From the human T2T-CHM13v2.0 reference genome, Homo sapiens: 64,000 nucleotides of DNA. The DNA is taken from the NCBI RefSeq assembly GCF_009914755.1, contig NC_060932.1, one strand, 5' to 3'. Both the position numbers and the translations under genes were made by a program. Shown piece by piece: positions 13,361 to 26,118 of this stretch (the first letter of the stretch is position 1; each line of letters begins with the position of its first letter). The notes under the pieces are model-generated. The model was not told the origin of the DNA and did not search any database. It saw only the letters and a program-made list of their open reading frames with translations.

Positions 13361-16300
13361 TCACAAATACCACATTGTCTTAATTGCTGTATGGTAAGTC
13401 TAACTACCAGAAAGAATGATTCCTTCCACTTTCTTCTTCTTTTTAAAAATTGTTTCAGCTGCTCTAGATCCTTTCCATTTTTATATAGATTTTAGAAGAA
13501 GCTTGTCTATGCCTACAAAACAGCTTGCGGATATTTTGATAGGAATTGCATTAAAGATCAATCTAGGAAGATATGACATCTTTACAATAATGAGCCTTCC
13601 AATCCAATAACATAATATGCCTTTCCAAATATTTAGGTCTTCTTTAATTTTTTTCACCAGCATTTATAATTCTCAGCATACAGATCCTGTAACTGTCTTG
13701 GTAGATTTATTCCTAAGTATTTAATGTTCTTTGAAAAAGTTGTAAATGGTATTGTATTTCTGATTTTTGTTTTTACTTATTTGCTGTCATTATATAGAAA
13801 TGAAATTAATTTTTGAGTGATCATATATCCCATGAAATTAGTGAAATTATTTATTAATTCTAGGAGGCATTTCATAGGTTTCTTGGGATTTTCTGTTTAG
13901 CCAATTATATCAGCTACGGACAGTTCATTTATTTTTTACCAATGTGTATTAGCTTTATTTTTCTTGCCTTAATGCAATGACTAGAACTTCCAGTACTATG
14001 TTGAATAAGAGTAGTAAGATCAGACATTCTTGCCTTTTTACAAATTTCAGAGAAAAGGCACTAAATCTTTTACTGTATGCATGTTAGCTATAGGTTTTTG
14101 TAGCTGTTCTTCATGAGACTGAGAAATTTACCCTCTATTTTCTCTTCCTATTCCCTATTTTTTCTAAGAGTTTTTATCATGAATGAGTATTAAATTTTGT
14201 CAAATGGTTTTGTGTTTTGATTATATCAATGGATAAAATCATATAATTTTTCTTCCTTAGCATGTTGATATAGTGAATTATGTTGACTGGTACTTGAATA
14301 TTGAATCAGCCTTGCATATCTGGAATAAATCTCTCCTGGTCGTGGTGTACTATTCTTTTTGTGCCCTGTGGGATTCCACTTCCTAACATTTTCTAAATTT
14401 ATGAGAAAAAAACTTTTTTTCCTCCCACCCTCCCTCCTTCCCCTTCCTCTTTCTCTTTTTTCCTTCTATCTTTGTCTGATTTAGCGTCATGGCAATACTG
14501 ACTTTATAAAAATGAGATAATAAGTGCTCCTTCCTCTTCTATTTCTGGAAAATGTTGTGTGAAATTGGTCTTAATTCTACTTTGAATGATTGCTAAAACT
14601 TCTCCATATAACCACCTGAATTTTAAGATTTATTTTTCTGAAGTTATTCTTTATAAGTTTAATTTATTTAGTAGTTATAGGGCTGTTTAGGTTATCTTTT
14701 TTGTTTTGACTGAATTTTGGTAGTTTGTGGTTTTTGGAAAATTGGTCCATTTCTTCTAGTTGTCAAATTGATAAGTGTAAAGTTGCTTATAGCATTTCTT
14801 TATTATGTTTTTAGTAGCTGCAGGATATGTTTTTATGTCTCTAGTTTTCTTCTTGATAGTGGTGATTTATATCTTCTCTCTTTTTGTTTTTCTCAGTCTT
14901 GCTAGAGATGTATTGATGTTATTTTTTTTTTATAACCAGCTTTTTGTTTTGTTAATTTTCACTATTGTTTTCCTGTTTTAAATTTCATTGATTTCTGTTC
15001 GTTATTATTTTATTTCTTTTGCATTCTTCAGGTATATTTTACTCTTTTTTTCTAGCTTCTCAATGTAAAATCTTTGACTATTTGTTTCAGATCCCTCCTG
15101 TCATCTAATGTAAATATTTCGTGCCATACATTTCCATCTCCACACTGCTTTACTTCATCCCACAAATGTTGTATGTTGTGATTTCATTTCATTCAGCTCT
15201 CTCTATTTTTTTCTTTCCTTTGAGATTTTTCTCTTTGACCCATGGATTGTCTAAATAGTGTTACTTTCCAAGTGTTTGAATAATTTTCTGTTGTCTTTCT
15301 TTTACTGGCTAGTTTGATTCCATTGTGGCTAGAGAACATATTTGTTTAAAAAATTGGTGAAGGTAGATTTTATGTCCCAGGATATTGTTTTTCTTGATGA
15401 ATGTACCACAGGCACTGAAAAAGAATGCATAGTCTATAGTTGTTGGGTAAATATTCAATAAATGTCAATTAGATGCTATTAGTTGATGAATCCTTCTGCA
15501 TCCTTGCAGATTTTTTGTCTTGTGTCTTGTAGTTCTATCAGTTTCCTAGAGTAGAATATTGAAGTTTCCAAATTACTAATTATGGATTTGTCTATTTCTC
15601 ATTTCAGCTACATTGGTTTTGCTTCATTGTTATTGAATGTCTATTGCTTTGTGTAAACACATTTAGAATTGCTATGGCTTCTTGGTGGACTGATCCTTTT
15701 ATCATTATGTAATGTTCACTTTTGTCCTTTTGTCCTTAGTAAAAGGTTTTACTCTGAAGTCTACTTTTGTTGATATTAATATAGCCACTCCTGCTTTTCA
15801 AAAATTAATGTCAGTATAACATACACATTTTTCCATCCTTTTACTTTCAGCTTACCCATGTTGTATTTGAAGTGAGTTCTTTGAAGATAGCATATAGTTG
15901 GCTTATGGTTTTTAATTCACTCTGCCAGTCTCTGCCTTTTAATTGGTATATTTAGACAATAATTATGTTAATAACTGTTAGGGGTCATACCATTTTCCGC
16001 CTGCGTTTGTTTTCTGTATGTGCTCTATGTTTCTAATTTGTTTCTTTCTTCTTGCCTTACTGTGGGTTACTTGAATATTGTTTAGAGCTTAATTTTGATT
16101 TATTTATAAGATTTTTTACTATGTCTCTTGGTATAGTTTTCTTTGTTGGTGCTTTAGGTATTACCATATACAAATGTAACTTACCAAGCTCACTGGTATT
16201 GAATTTAACCACCTCAAGCATAGTATAGAAACTGTATTTCCATTTGTGTCTCTTGACTATCCAACTTTTAAAATATAATTGTCTTCAGATTTCTTTTATT

Positions 16301-17789
16301 TACATTGGATACCACATCTTGTTCTGATTTTTGCTTCCAACTAAAATATGATTAAAGAAACTCATAAACTAAATAATCTATTAAATTTACTTCTATTTTT
16401 ACCCATTCTGTCTTATTCTTACTTTTCTGAAGGACAATTTCCCTGCACATAGGATTTGACCCTTTTTCCTTTCTGCACTTGAAATATGTTATACCACTTC
16501 CCTTTGGTTTTCTCCATAGAACCCCTTATGGTTTCAGTGGAGAAATCTGTTGTCATTCTAATTGCAGTCCCTTTATAGGTATGTATCATTTCTCTCTGTT
16601 TTGAATTTTTTTTTCTATCTTTAGTTTTTAGAAGTTTAATTATGATGTATCCTGGTGTGAGTTTCTTTGGGTTTCTCTTAGGATTTAATCAGCTTGTTGA
16701 ATCTGTAGGTTTGCATCTTTCACCAAATTTGGGGAGTTTTCAGTCATTATTTCCTGAAATACTTTTTTATACCATACCTTTTCTCCTCTTCTTCTGGAAC
16801 ACTGTTAATATGAAAGCTAGTTATTTTGTGTTTGTCCTACAGATCTTTGAGACTCTTCGTTTTAAAACATTTTAATCTAGTACCTATTTCTTGCCTTCTT
16901 GCTTACTGATTCTGTCCTTTGTCATCTTCACTGTACTATTGAGTATTTCCAGTGAGGTAGTTCATTTGTTTGTTTGTTTTGGTTATTGTATTGTTCAGTT
17001 GTATAATTTCTATTTGGCTCTTTTTATGATGTGTAATTTTTTTGTTAAAACCCTATTTTTAAAATTTATTTTATGAGAATTTGTAATTATTATTGAGAAA
17101 GTTTGTGATGGCTGCCTTAAAATCTTTGTCAGATAATTCCAACATCTGATTCATGCTGGTACTGGCTTCTGTTGATTGTCTTTTCTCATTCAAACTGATT
17201 TTCCGGGGTTGAATAATGTGGTGAGTGATTTTTTATTTTGTCCTGAATATTTTGGTTATTATGTTTGAAAAGTATCTAGTCATAACTTCTTTTGGCAGTA
17301 AGTTTCCCTTTTTGGGTTTAGCAAGTGAGTCAGGCCTACTTTTGTATTCCAGTGGCAGCTTCGTTTTCAGAGTCCTTGCAATGCTGTTCTGGTTGGCTCC
17401 ATTCTTCTGATACTGCTGTGGCTCTTCCTCAATCCCTGCTACCATCTTCTTTTGGGACAGAAGGCCTTGGGCTGCCTGTTGTCATTAGGTGACCTTCTGG
17501 AATTGGGGCAGTAGTTGCTCGGTTTGTGTCTCCTTATATCACCAGATGGACAGCAGGGGGCCACAGCGTTTCACCTCTGCTTCTGTGGGTGGATGGGACC
17601 ACCTGCCATGATCTGTTGGTGGATGGGGGCTGGGAAGTTGCTTTACTGTTTTACTGAACTTTACTGTTGCATTGCTGGTGGATCAGAGAGCACACAGGTA
17701 CCCCTCTGTGAAGTGGAGGTTAGGGCTCTCTGTAAGGTGTTCCTAGTTGGGCTTCCCCTTTCCTGGCCATTTGGACAGAGAAAGCAGCT

Positions 17790-17913
17790 CTTTATTTTCT
17801 TTTGTCTTTCCTCCTTCCTTCCTCCCTCCCTCCCTCCCTTCCTCATTTCCTTCTTCCCTTCTCCCCTTCTCCCCTTCCTTTTTTCTTTTTTTCCTCTTTT
17901 CCTTCCTTCCTCC
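17790..17913. repeat. Polypyrimidine low-complexity tract, (CCTT/CCCT)n-like
   Basis: About 120 nt almost purely C/T. Confidence 0.9.
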
Positions 17914-18082
17914 TATGACTGTTGGTGGTTCTTGGCTGTAGGACTGTCTGGCATCCAGCCTGGAGGTATATAGTAGAACAAAATAAAACCCAGGTTGCTC
18001 ACCAACTTGTTGATCCTCCTTGCCAGCCTGCCTTCTTCCTTCTGTCTCTCAGAGACCTTTCACTGTTGTATGTTGAATAATT

Positions 18083-18237
18083 CCCAGGGCATTTAGTTGT
18101 ATTTAGAGGAGAAGAGCAATGCAAAGGGAGTTAATGCCCAGGGTATTTAGTTGTATTTAGAGGAGAAGAGCAATGCCAAGGGAGTTAATGCCCAGGGCGT
18201 TTAGTTGTATTTAGAGGAGAAGAGCAATGCAAAAGGG
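18083..18237. repeat. 54-bp minisatellite, ~2.9 copies
   Basis: cccagggYRtttagttgtatttagaggagaagagcaatgcMaagggagttaatg starting at 18083, 18137 and 18191. Confidence 0.95.
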
Positions 18238-18447
18238 TTTGCACTGGTGGCAGCTCCACCTTCACACTGACTTCACATTGGTGCAGAGGACCAGGTGTTG
18301 AGTCAATCAATGGAGATATATGGATTATTCAGGTTGTGTGAGACATTGTGTTTGTGAGATAAACTCAAAGGTGTCAGGGCAGCATTGGGAGCCACAGTTA
18401 TAGCAGAAAAAAGTTAAAGGAGGAACAGGTAATTTTAAAATATTAAT

Positions 18448-18680
18448 GATAATAATAACCACTAACATCTATTGAGTGTTTACTCTGTGTTAAGCATTGT
18501 GGTAAGTGCTTTTGCAGGATCATCTTATTTAATCTCTTAAAGTAGACATTATTGTAAATGGATACTATCTCCATTTTACACTAAGAAACCTTTTTATTAA
18601 GAAGATTCATAACTTGCCTAAAGGCACATCCTGCAAACTATGAACTTAATATTCAATCCATGTCTGAGTCCAGCCTTAGT
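18448..18680 (-). mobile_element. MIR SINE
   Basis: aataataaccactaacatctattgagtgtttac...ctccattttaca...taacttgcctaaaggcaca is reverse MIR core. Confidence 0.75.
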
Positions 18681-20147
18681 CTTACCCATGCCCCACCACC
18701 TCAGATATCAGTGGGAGAATCTTCTGGTCCCATCAGGCAGAGTGTGGAGAAGCTATATATTCTTAGGCATTCTGGACCTCAGTTTTCTCAGCTATAAATG
18801 TGATTAATATCAACTTTACAGTGTTGTTGTCAGGCTTTGAAGAAAGTCACAAACAGGAAGGTACTGTGTAAGCAGTCAGGAGCGTCAGGGAGGAATGCAG
18901 GTCCACAGAAGTCCATACTGGAAGGGTCTAAACTCAGGAGAGAGCAGTGCTCCCCCAGCTCCCCAGCTATCCTCAGGGAGCTTTGAGCGTGAGGGCTCAG
19001 GGTCTGGCCACAGGGGTAGGTGTTTCTCCAGCTGCTCTCGGGAAGCACAGGCTCTGGCAGTGTGAGCTCAGTGACGTCTTGATAGGCAGGAGCATCTGGC
19101 CACAAAGAGACAGGCTGTGTAGGCAGAGTGACCACCTGGCAGGCTGGAAATTTCAAGCCAATTATTTTGTTGTTGCTGTTGCTGTTATTTGTTTCTTCTA
19201 AAGGAAATCCATTTTTAATATGTATGACTCCTAAATTATTCTAACCTTATTAGACAACGTTCTTCAGAGTACTTCCTCAATTATCCCCTTTTTATATTGA
19301 TTATCTAATACTAATTCCCTCTCCCATTTATTTTTTTGCTTCCTTTTTTTTTTTAAATCTAAACACAAAAGAATATGGACTCATTACAAGAACTGAAGAA
19401 AACTTTCTCAGATTTAAAAAAATAGGGTAATGGTTTACTTGAATATTTGACATCATTATTTGTGCCCTTCTGTAATGTCTAAATATAAGAATGGAACATG
19501 GTCATTTATAAAAAGAAACACAGACAGCCTGACCAGTTTTGGGCCCTAGTACCATTAATTAATAATTATTGAATACTAAGTGCAAAAGGTAGCTGTTATT
19601 TTATAGGCCAGCAAATTGCAAATGCTGATTTTATGGAAAGCATGACAGCATTATAGCATTATAAAGCCAAGCTGTAGCCCAAATTGCACAGGGATGGAAA
19701 AGTACAAGCGCATGTCATCAAAATATCAATTTACAACCTCCTGTAGAAACCCGGTGATGCTTGGCAGGCCTGTGAAAGGAGCAATCCTACCAGGTTAATC
19801 AAATATTTCAGAGGGGGCAGATAGAGGGACTCACTTCATGAAGAGTGAGAATCTTCCACATTTCAGTGAGTGCAAATTCAAAACAAGAACATTTCAAAAT
19901 CAATATGAAAAAGAGCACAGGTGAATATTTTAGAGCAACAGCATGACCCTCTTGGAAGATGAACACATAGACTGGAATATTCTATGACAAAGCACTTTTC
20001 TTACATTGCTATTTCAATCAGAAGAAAAATATACAGATAACAATATGGCATTCTTCAATGTGTAGCCCCCAAATCTTCAAATAACTCCAAGGAAGATGTA
20101 ACTTAATAATTTTTATTATGTGACTTTTGTTAAAAATTTCCTTCTGT

Positions 20148-20247
20148 GTGGGTGCAGCGCACCAGCATGGCACATGTATACATATGTAACTAACCTGCAC
20201 AATGTGCCCATGTACCCTAAAACTTAAAGTATAATAATAAAAGAAAA
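20148..20247 (+). mobile_element. Very short 5'-truncated young L1 (L1PA2/L1HS-like 3' end)
   Basis: gtgggtgcagcgcaccagcatggcacatgtatacatatgtaactaacctgcacaatgtgc...cttaaagtataataataaaa; perfect 16-bp TSD aaaaatttccttctgt (20132-20147, 20248-20263). Confidence 0.95.
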
Positions 20248-20769
20248 AAAAATTTCCTTCTGTAATGAAAGCATATGATAATTTTGTTGTTTCATGAAGA
20301 GCATTGTGTGTTGCAGCAAGAATTAGGATGATGGGGGTGAAAGTTGCCTGTGACATCTGATGGGAGGGTAGATTGTGCCCTGAGTTCAGGGGCACAGGAG
20401 AGCTCATCACACCATTTTGAGTCCAAGCAGAGTCACCTCCTCCCTTTTTTTTCACAAAACAAACTCTCTACCCTCTATGGAGTGCATGAAACAGTGATGG
20501 ACACCATGGGGACATAAGTGGCTTCTCCTGCCTGGACCGGTGTCCTGGCAGAAGCAGATGTGAGCAGTGGATTGGCAGGAGGGGCATCACAGAAGTGTCA
20601 GTGGAAGAAGCAAGAGGGAAGAGTGGACTACATATCATTTTCTAGTAATGGGAGCTGTTGGGGGTGGACGGGAGAAACCCCCTCCTGCTCCAAGAGGTTA
20701 AGGCTAACATGGAAGCACAGTGTTCTGTGCCAGGCCAGCCCTGACTCCATTCCTTGGTGTCTGTTAGAG

Positions 20770-21099
20770 CAGCAGTCACCAACTTTTTTGGCACCAGGGA
20801 CCGGTTTTGCAGAAGACAGTTTTTCCATGGACAGGGAGTTGTGGGGTGGGTGTGGGAAGGGTAGCAGGGATGCTTTTGGGATGAAACTATTCCACCTCAG
20901 ATCATCAGGCATTAGTTAGGTTCTCATAAGAAGCACACAACCTAGATCCCTTGCATGCGCAGTTCACAATAGGGTTAGCCTCCTATTAGAATCTAATGCC
21001 ACAGCTGATCTCACAGGAGGTGGAGCTCAGGCTGTGTGGCTGGGTTCCTAATAGGCCACTGATGGTAGCAGTCTGCAACCTGGATGTTGGGGACCCCTG
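20770..21099 (+). mobile_element. MER1B (hAT-Charlie MITE)
   Basis: TIRs cagcagtcaccaac / gttggggacccctg; perfect 8-bp hAT TSD tgttagag (20762-20769, 21100-21107). Confidence 0.92.
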
Positions 21100-22939
21100 T
21101 GTTAGAGGACCCCATTGATGGGGTTTGGAGATTCTAAGGTAGCAAACAGTAAATACCTGCTGGCTTGTAGCGTCTTGTGAGATTTTATCATCCTCATGAT
21201 TCCCATAGCACTTTGGGAGTTAGGCTATGAACATCCCCCACTCAGCCCCAAAATGAACTGTCTGAACAAAAACAAAAAAGGGGAGAACACTTTCCCTTCT
21301 TAGTCCTGCCAGCTGCACTTTTCACTCCGAGGTATCTGGTAGGTGTTCTGCTTTCTTTCTTTTCCTCAGAGAGCTCCTATCTTCTGAGGACATTGAGTTT
21401 GACTTCTTGGACTTAGGTTGTTTCCATGATCAGCATCAAGAGCTCAGAATGCACAGGTTGGTGACACATGCATATTCTGGTTTCTCCTGTCCATTTTATT
21501 CCTCAAAGAAGGCTATGGTGACCCCCAAACACAGACACTAAAGGGAAATCTCTTTTATGACCAGTGCATTTAGCACCAGGAAGAAAAAGGAGAAAGGGGG
21601 AAGGAGGTATAGGGGCAGGAATAGAACTGCACGTTCTATTCCTGTGCATGTCACTGAGTCCCTGGAAAGAAGGGGGTGTCTGTTGAAGGAGCAGTGGAGG
21701 AAATCTGTGGTGGGGCAGTTAGGGAAGAGAGTGAAGCATGAAGAAGCTCTGTCCCCATCAGTACCCTACACAGCAGTTTCTTGCCCAAGTAGAGCTGGAA
21801 TACAGGGTGGGCAGTGCAGGGGAGGGAGCGAAGAGTCAGTCTGGTAGGAGGCACTCGCCGAGGTTGTAATCCTGAGACATCACTTATGGGTGCTCACCCA
21901 TGGAGAGATGGGTTTTCTTATCTTGCACATTGGCAATGACCTTGCTAGGCTCTTAGGTCTGGAGACAATAGATAGTTTCACTTGACCGGAGATAGCATGC
22001 TATTTTTTATTAATTTGTGCTTTTATTTTTCTTTCCCTGCTCTCTCAGGGGTAACTATGGATTGAAAAAAAAAAAAGAAGAAAATCTGGTACTTCTTTAC
22101 AGAAATATATGGTTGGAATGGAAAATCAGAATAATTAAATACTAGTGAAAAGGGTACCAAATTATAACTAGGTATTATCTTTTCAAAATTATGTGCAATA
22201 GTATAGTTTTTATATATTACATTTAATTATTTTAATACATGCAAATTTTATCTGTGTTTTTGTTTGAATGTCAAATAATTGTTCCACAGACATCTTAACT
22301 AAAACACTACTTTCCCTCTGCTAACCCTATGCTAGAAAGATACCTGAACTTTTGGAGAAGTATTCATCAGGGAATAACCCCATGAGTGCTATAAAGTGTA
22401 AAGTTAATCCCATAAAGTAAGAATAAAGCCACAGGGAGAAAGACAGTGAATGCAATGCTCCTAGTTAAAAGATATCATCAAAAGAAGTGAAACCTCCTTG
22501 TTTTTGTTTTGCGGTTCCCAGAAGTTGCATGGAGCTGAGAGAAATCCTGTTAAAAGCATTCAGTGATTTAAAATTTCAATTAAAGCTGAGCTACTTAGGG
22601 GGATTTTTCCATTACTTAAATTTTAAAGTTTACCCTTGAGCTTCATTATTTTTATCAAGTACACTTTTTACAGCCAACTGGCTGTGGTAAGGGTTTGGTT
22701 CCTTGGGGTTACAACAAAAATTACTTATCAAACCAACAAAAACAAACCAACTTAGTAACCTAGGATTGATTGGGAAAAACTAAAATTATTTAAGTACAGA
22801 GAGACTTGTATTTAATAAAAATTCACCCAAGGGTGCTGAGTTTTAAATATAGGAGAGATCCTATCCAAACGACCAAATCCTGGGGCCAGTGACGGTAATT
22901 AAGGTAGAAATTACAGAGCTGGAAGGTAGAAGCCAAGCA

Positions 22940-23145
22940 CTATGTTACCTGTGTCTGTATGCTGGGCATTATGCTAGGTACTTTGCATCTAGTATCTAAC
23001 ATAGTCCTAGATTATCCCATGTTACAGATGAGGGAAATAAACTCTGAGGATGACTTATCTTAAACTCCACGGATAATGAATACTCTAGCTGGGATTTAAG
23101 CCAAGGTCTCTTTGGCACCAAAGCCCATGCTATTTCCAGCACACA
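22940..23145 (-). mobile_element. MIR SINE
   Basis: tatcccatgttacagatgagg...gctgggatttaagccaaggtct...ccaaagcccatgct. Confidence 0.7.
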
Positions 23146-24163
23146 AGGTGAAAATAAGGGAAGTCAGGAGCCAATAAAGAAAGTTTCAGGGAAACTGGCA
23201 TGATTGGTGCTTCTGTGTGAGTGTGTATGTAGTTTGCCTTCCCAAACTGGTGCATGAAGAAAGGGTGGGATGGACTAGCCTAATGGGTTAGCCTAATGAT
23301 AAAAAAGCTATGGACATCTCAAGGGTTGAGGACCTGCTCTCCAACAGAAATCAAGTAAAGGCAAGAACCTACCAACTCTTCAAATCAAACCTGCACCCCA
23401 TGGATATTTGTTTGATTTTTTCTACCCTGATGAGGTGTCTCCTTGGGAAGACTCCCTCCTACCTCTTCAGACACTGGGTTAAAGCTATAATGATTGGAGA
23501 GAGATGATGGCTTCCATCCACCCTCTCAGTGACTTGTGGGTTCAGAATGCATCCAAACAGCATTTGCATTTCACACAGGTCATTTGAGCAGGGTCACCAT
23601 TGTTTCACTACTGGAGGTTGACTCTCCTTCCCACAGCTAATGATTATGAGGCCCAACAGGCACCCACCCACTAGTGATAGGAGCCATCTTTTTAATTCTG
23701 ATGGAGTAAAATTTGAAAAACGAAACATAATTCTCTCTCTGTGGTATATGATACAGACTGCTGACATTTCAGTGAGTTTCCATGAGCATGAGTTTTGTTT
23801 GGCTGCTGAGCTTCTTTCTTGGTTCTGTAGTGTATACATTTCCATGTGCTCTGCCTCAGCAGTCCTGGGGCCTTCACATTGTCCTCATTATTCCACAGAG
23901 AATTTGGGCTCAAACATCCAGAGCTGTCCATCCTGAACTTAAAACTATGCGGGCAGAATATGTTAAAAACTGTCAATTAGTATATGAGCAGTCTTTGTAA
24001 ATCTAGTTACTCACATCTGTAGAAAGTACTTATAGGATATAGTTTATTCTGTGTAAATCACAGTCAGATTTATTTGGTTTTTAAATGGTTATGAAATCAA
24101 ACTTAAAATGTTGCCAGCCTCCACACTCCCACCCCACCCAATGTTAAGCTTTTCTTGTATTCT

Positions 24164-24896
24164 TGTAACCACCCAATGGGTTCTTGCCCACTGCCCACAT
24201 ACAGCCAGTTTATTAAGACAGGGGAATCGCAAAAGAGAAAGGGTTTAATATGTATAGAGCCAACTAAATTGGAGCCTTGAGTTTTTTTTATTACTCAAAT
24301 CAGCCTCACCCAAAATTGGGAAGCTAAGGTTTTTAAAGATAGTTTGGGGTGCAAAGGGCTAGAGAAGGGCAAATACTGATTGGTTGGGGTGAGGATAAAA
24401 TCATAAGGAGTTGAAGCTGTCTTCTTGTACTGAGCCAGTCCCTGGGTGGAATCACAAGACCAGATGAGCGAATTTACTGGAATAGGTGGTGCCAGCCAAT
24501 CCATCAGAATTCAGTGTCTGAAAAATACCTCAAACACCAATCTTAGGTTTTATAATAATGACATCATCTATAGGAGCAATTGAGGAGGTTAGTGATCCTG
24601 TGGCCTCTGGCTGCATGACTCCTGAGCTATAATTTCTAATCTTGTGGCTAATTTGTTAGTTTTACAAAGGCAGTCTGGTCCCCAGGCAAGGAGGGAGTTT
24701 GTTTCAGGAAGGGGCTGTTATCGTCTTTGTTTCATAGTTAAACTATAAACTAAATTCATCTCAAAGTTAGTTTGACCTACGCCCAAGAATGAAAAAGGGC
24801 AGTTTGGAAGTTAAAGGGAAGATGGAGTTGGTTAGGTCAGATCTCTTTTCCTGTTATAATTTTCTCAATGTTATAGTTTCTGTAAAGATTGTTTCA
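24164..24896 (-). mobile_element. LTR8-family ERV1 solo LTR
   Basis: tgtaaccacccaatgggttcttgcccactgcc...ttattactcaaatcag...taaactataaactaaatt...gtttca. Confidence 0.88.
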
Positions 24897-24993
24897 TTAT
24901 TTGTTCCACAAATTTATAAGTGAATTGAAAACGAAGGCTGTTTTTCCCATCTGAAACAAGTTAAGTAAGTATCTTGGATAAATATCTTAACAT

Positions 24994-25351
24994 TGTTAAA
25001 GAAAAAAAAATGATTCAATGATACTTGTTAATAACGCCCAATAAGGAAGCCTTTATTCAAGACTATCCCAATACATATAGAGAACATGGCAATTGTGTTT
25101 TGCAGTGATGGTAGAGAAATTGGGCTCAACTCCAAATACAGAATAGGCAAGAGGGAATCTCTAGCCAAGCAGCAGGGTGGGGGACAGTGGATGGAAAATT
25201 TCTAAGAGGAAGCATCAAGAATTAGTGGGATTCTGCTTAAACTGACCCAACAGGGCTCTTACTGAAGACAGTCCAGGGTGCTCAGACATCACCTGAGGTG
25301 TGGTGGAAGATGAGAAACCAGTCAGCTATCAAGGATGATCAGATATTGAGG
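24994..25351 (-). mobile_element. MER31 LTR, 3' two-thirds
   Basis: tgttaaagaaaaaaa...ttgggctcaactccaaataca...cagtggatggaaaatt...tcagacatcacctg. Confidence 0.8.
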
Positions 25352-25406
25352 TTAAGGTGTTAAATGGACCTATATTGTTCAAGGAAAAGAAGAATGTCTC
25401 TTCTTT

Positions 25407-25594
25407 CTCGAACAAGATTTTTTGCTTGACTAAACTTTAGTTAGGTTCCTGAAACTTCTCCTAGGCCCATCTTTGCACTTCCTTGAAAAATCCAGTTTTA
25501 TCAAGAGCCTTGCTAAGTCAGTTTGTCAAGGACCCCTCATCCTTGATACCTGATTATCCTCGAAATCTAATTGGGTTCTTCACTGGACACCATC
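25407..25594 (+). mobile_element. MER31 LTR, 5' part in opposite orientation
   Basis: cttgactaaactttagttagg...ccagttttatcaagagccttgctaagtcagttt...ccttgatacctgat. Confidence 0.7.
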
Positions 25595-25615
25595 ATAAAA
25601 AAGAACATAAACTAG

Positions 25616-25747
25616 TTTTTATTTTTTTAAGTTCCAGGGTATGTGTGCGGAATGCACATGTTTATTACGTAGGTAAATGTGCCATAGTGGTTTGCTGCAC
25701 CTATCAACCCATGACCTATGTATTAAGCCCAGCATTATTCACAATAG
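25616..25747 (-). mobile_element. Short truncated L1PA/L1PB 3' end with tiny 5' inversion
   Basis: polyT, then gccatagtggtttgctgcacctatcaacccat; TSD cataaact(a/g)gtttt at 25606-25619 and 25748-25761. Confidence 0.8.
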
Positions 25748-25769
25748 CATAAACTGGTTTTATAGGGAG

Positions 25770-26118
25770 TGTCTTAGTTTAGGCTGCTATAACAAAGTAC
25801 CATATTCTAGGCAGCTTATAAACAACAGAAATTTATTTCTCACAGTTCTAGAGGCTTTGAGTCCAAGATCAGGGTGCCAGCATGGTTGGGTTGTGGTGAG
25901 GGCTCCCTTCCGGGTTATAGACAGCAAACTTGTTTTATCCTCAAATGGTAGAAGGAGGAAGAACTAGCTCCCAGGTCTCTCCTCAGAAAGGCTCTAATCT
26001 TATTTATGACGGCTCCAACCTCATGACCCCAAAGACCGGCACCTCCAAATACCATGACGTTGGGGATTATATTTCAATATATGAATTTTGGAGGGACACA
26101 AACATTCAGTCCATAACA
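25770..26118 (-). mobile_element. MLT1A/MLT1A0 (MaLR) solo LTR
   Basis: tgtcttagt..ggctgctataacaaa...gggacacaaacattcagtccataaca. Confidence 0.9.

Noticed and set aside
17515-17973. 152-aa ORF
   Set aside because: Non-ATG start; runs through L1 5' UTR and a stop-free C/T tract; low-complexity product.
18083-18237. Direct repeats as a CRISPR-like array
   Set aside because: Head-to-tail units with no unique spacers, in eukaryotic DNA without cas genes.
19807-19822. CTCF-like cagagggggcag
   Set aside because: Only the 3' half matches the CTCF core.
22020-22056. Strong acceptor (ctttccctgctctctcag) followed by gg|gtaact
   Set aside because: Not an exact AG|GT recursive site and no good downstream donor found to define an exon.
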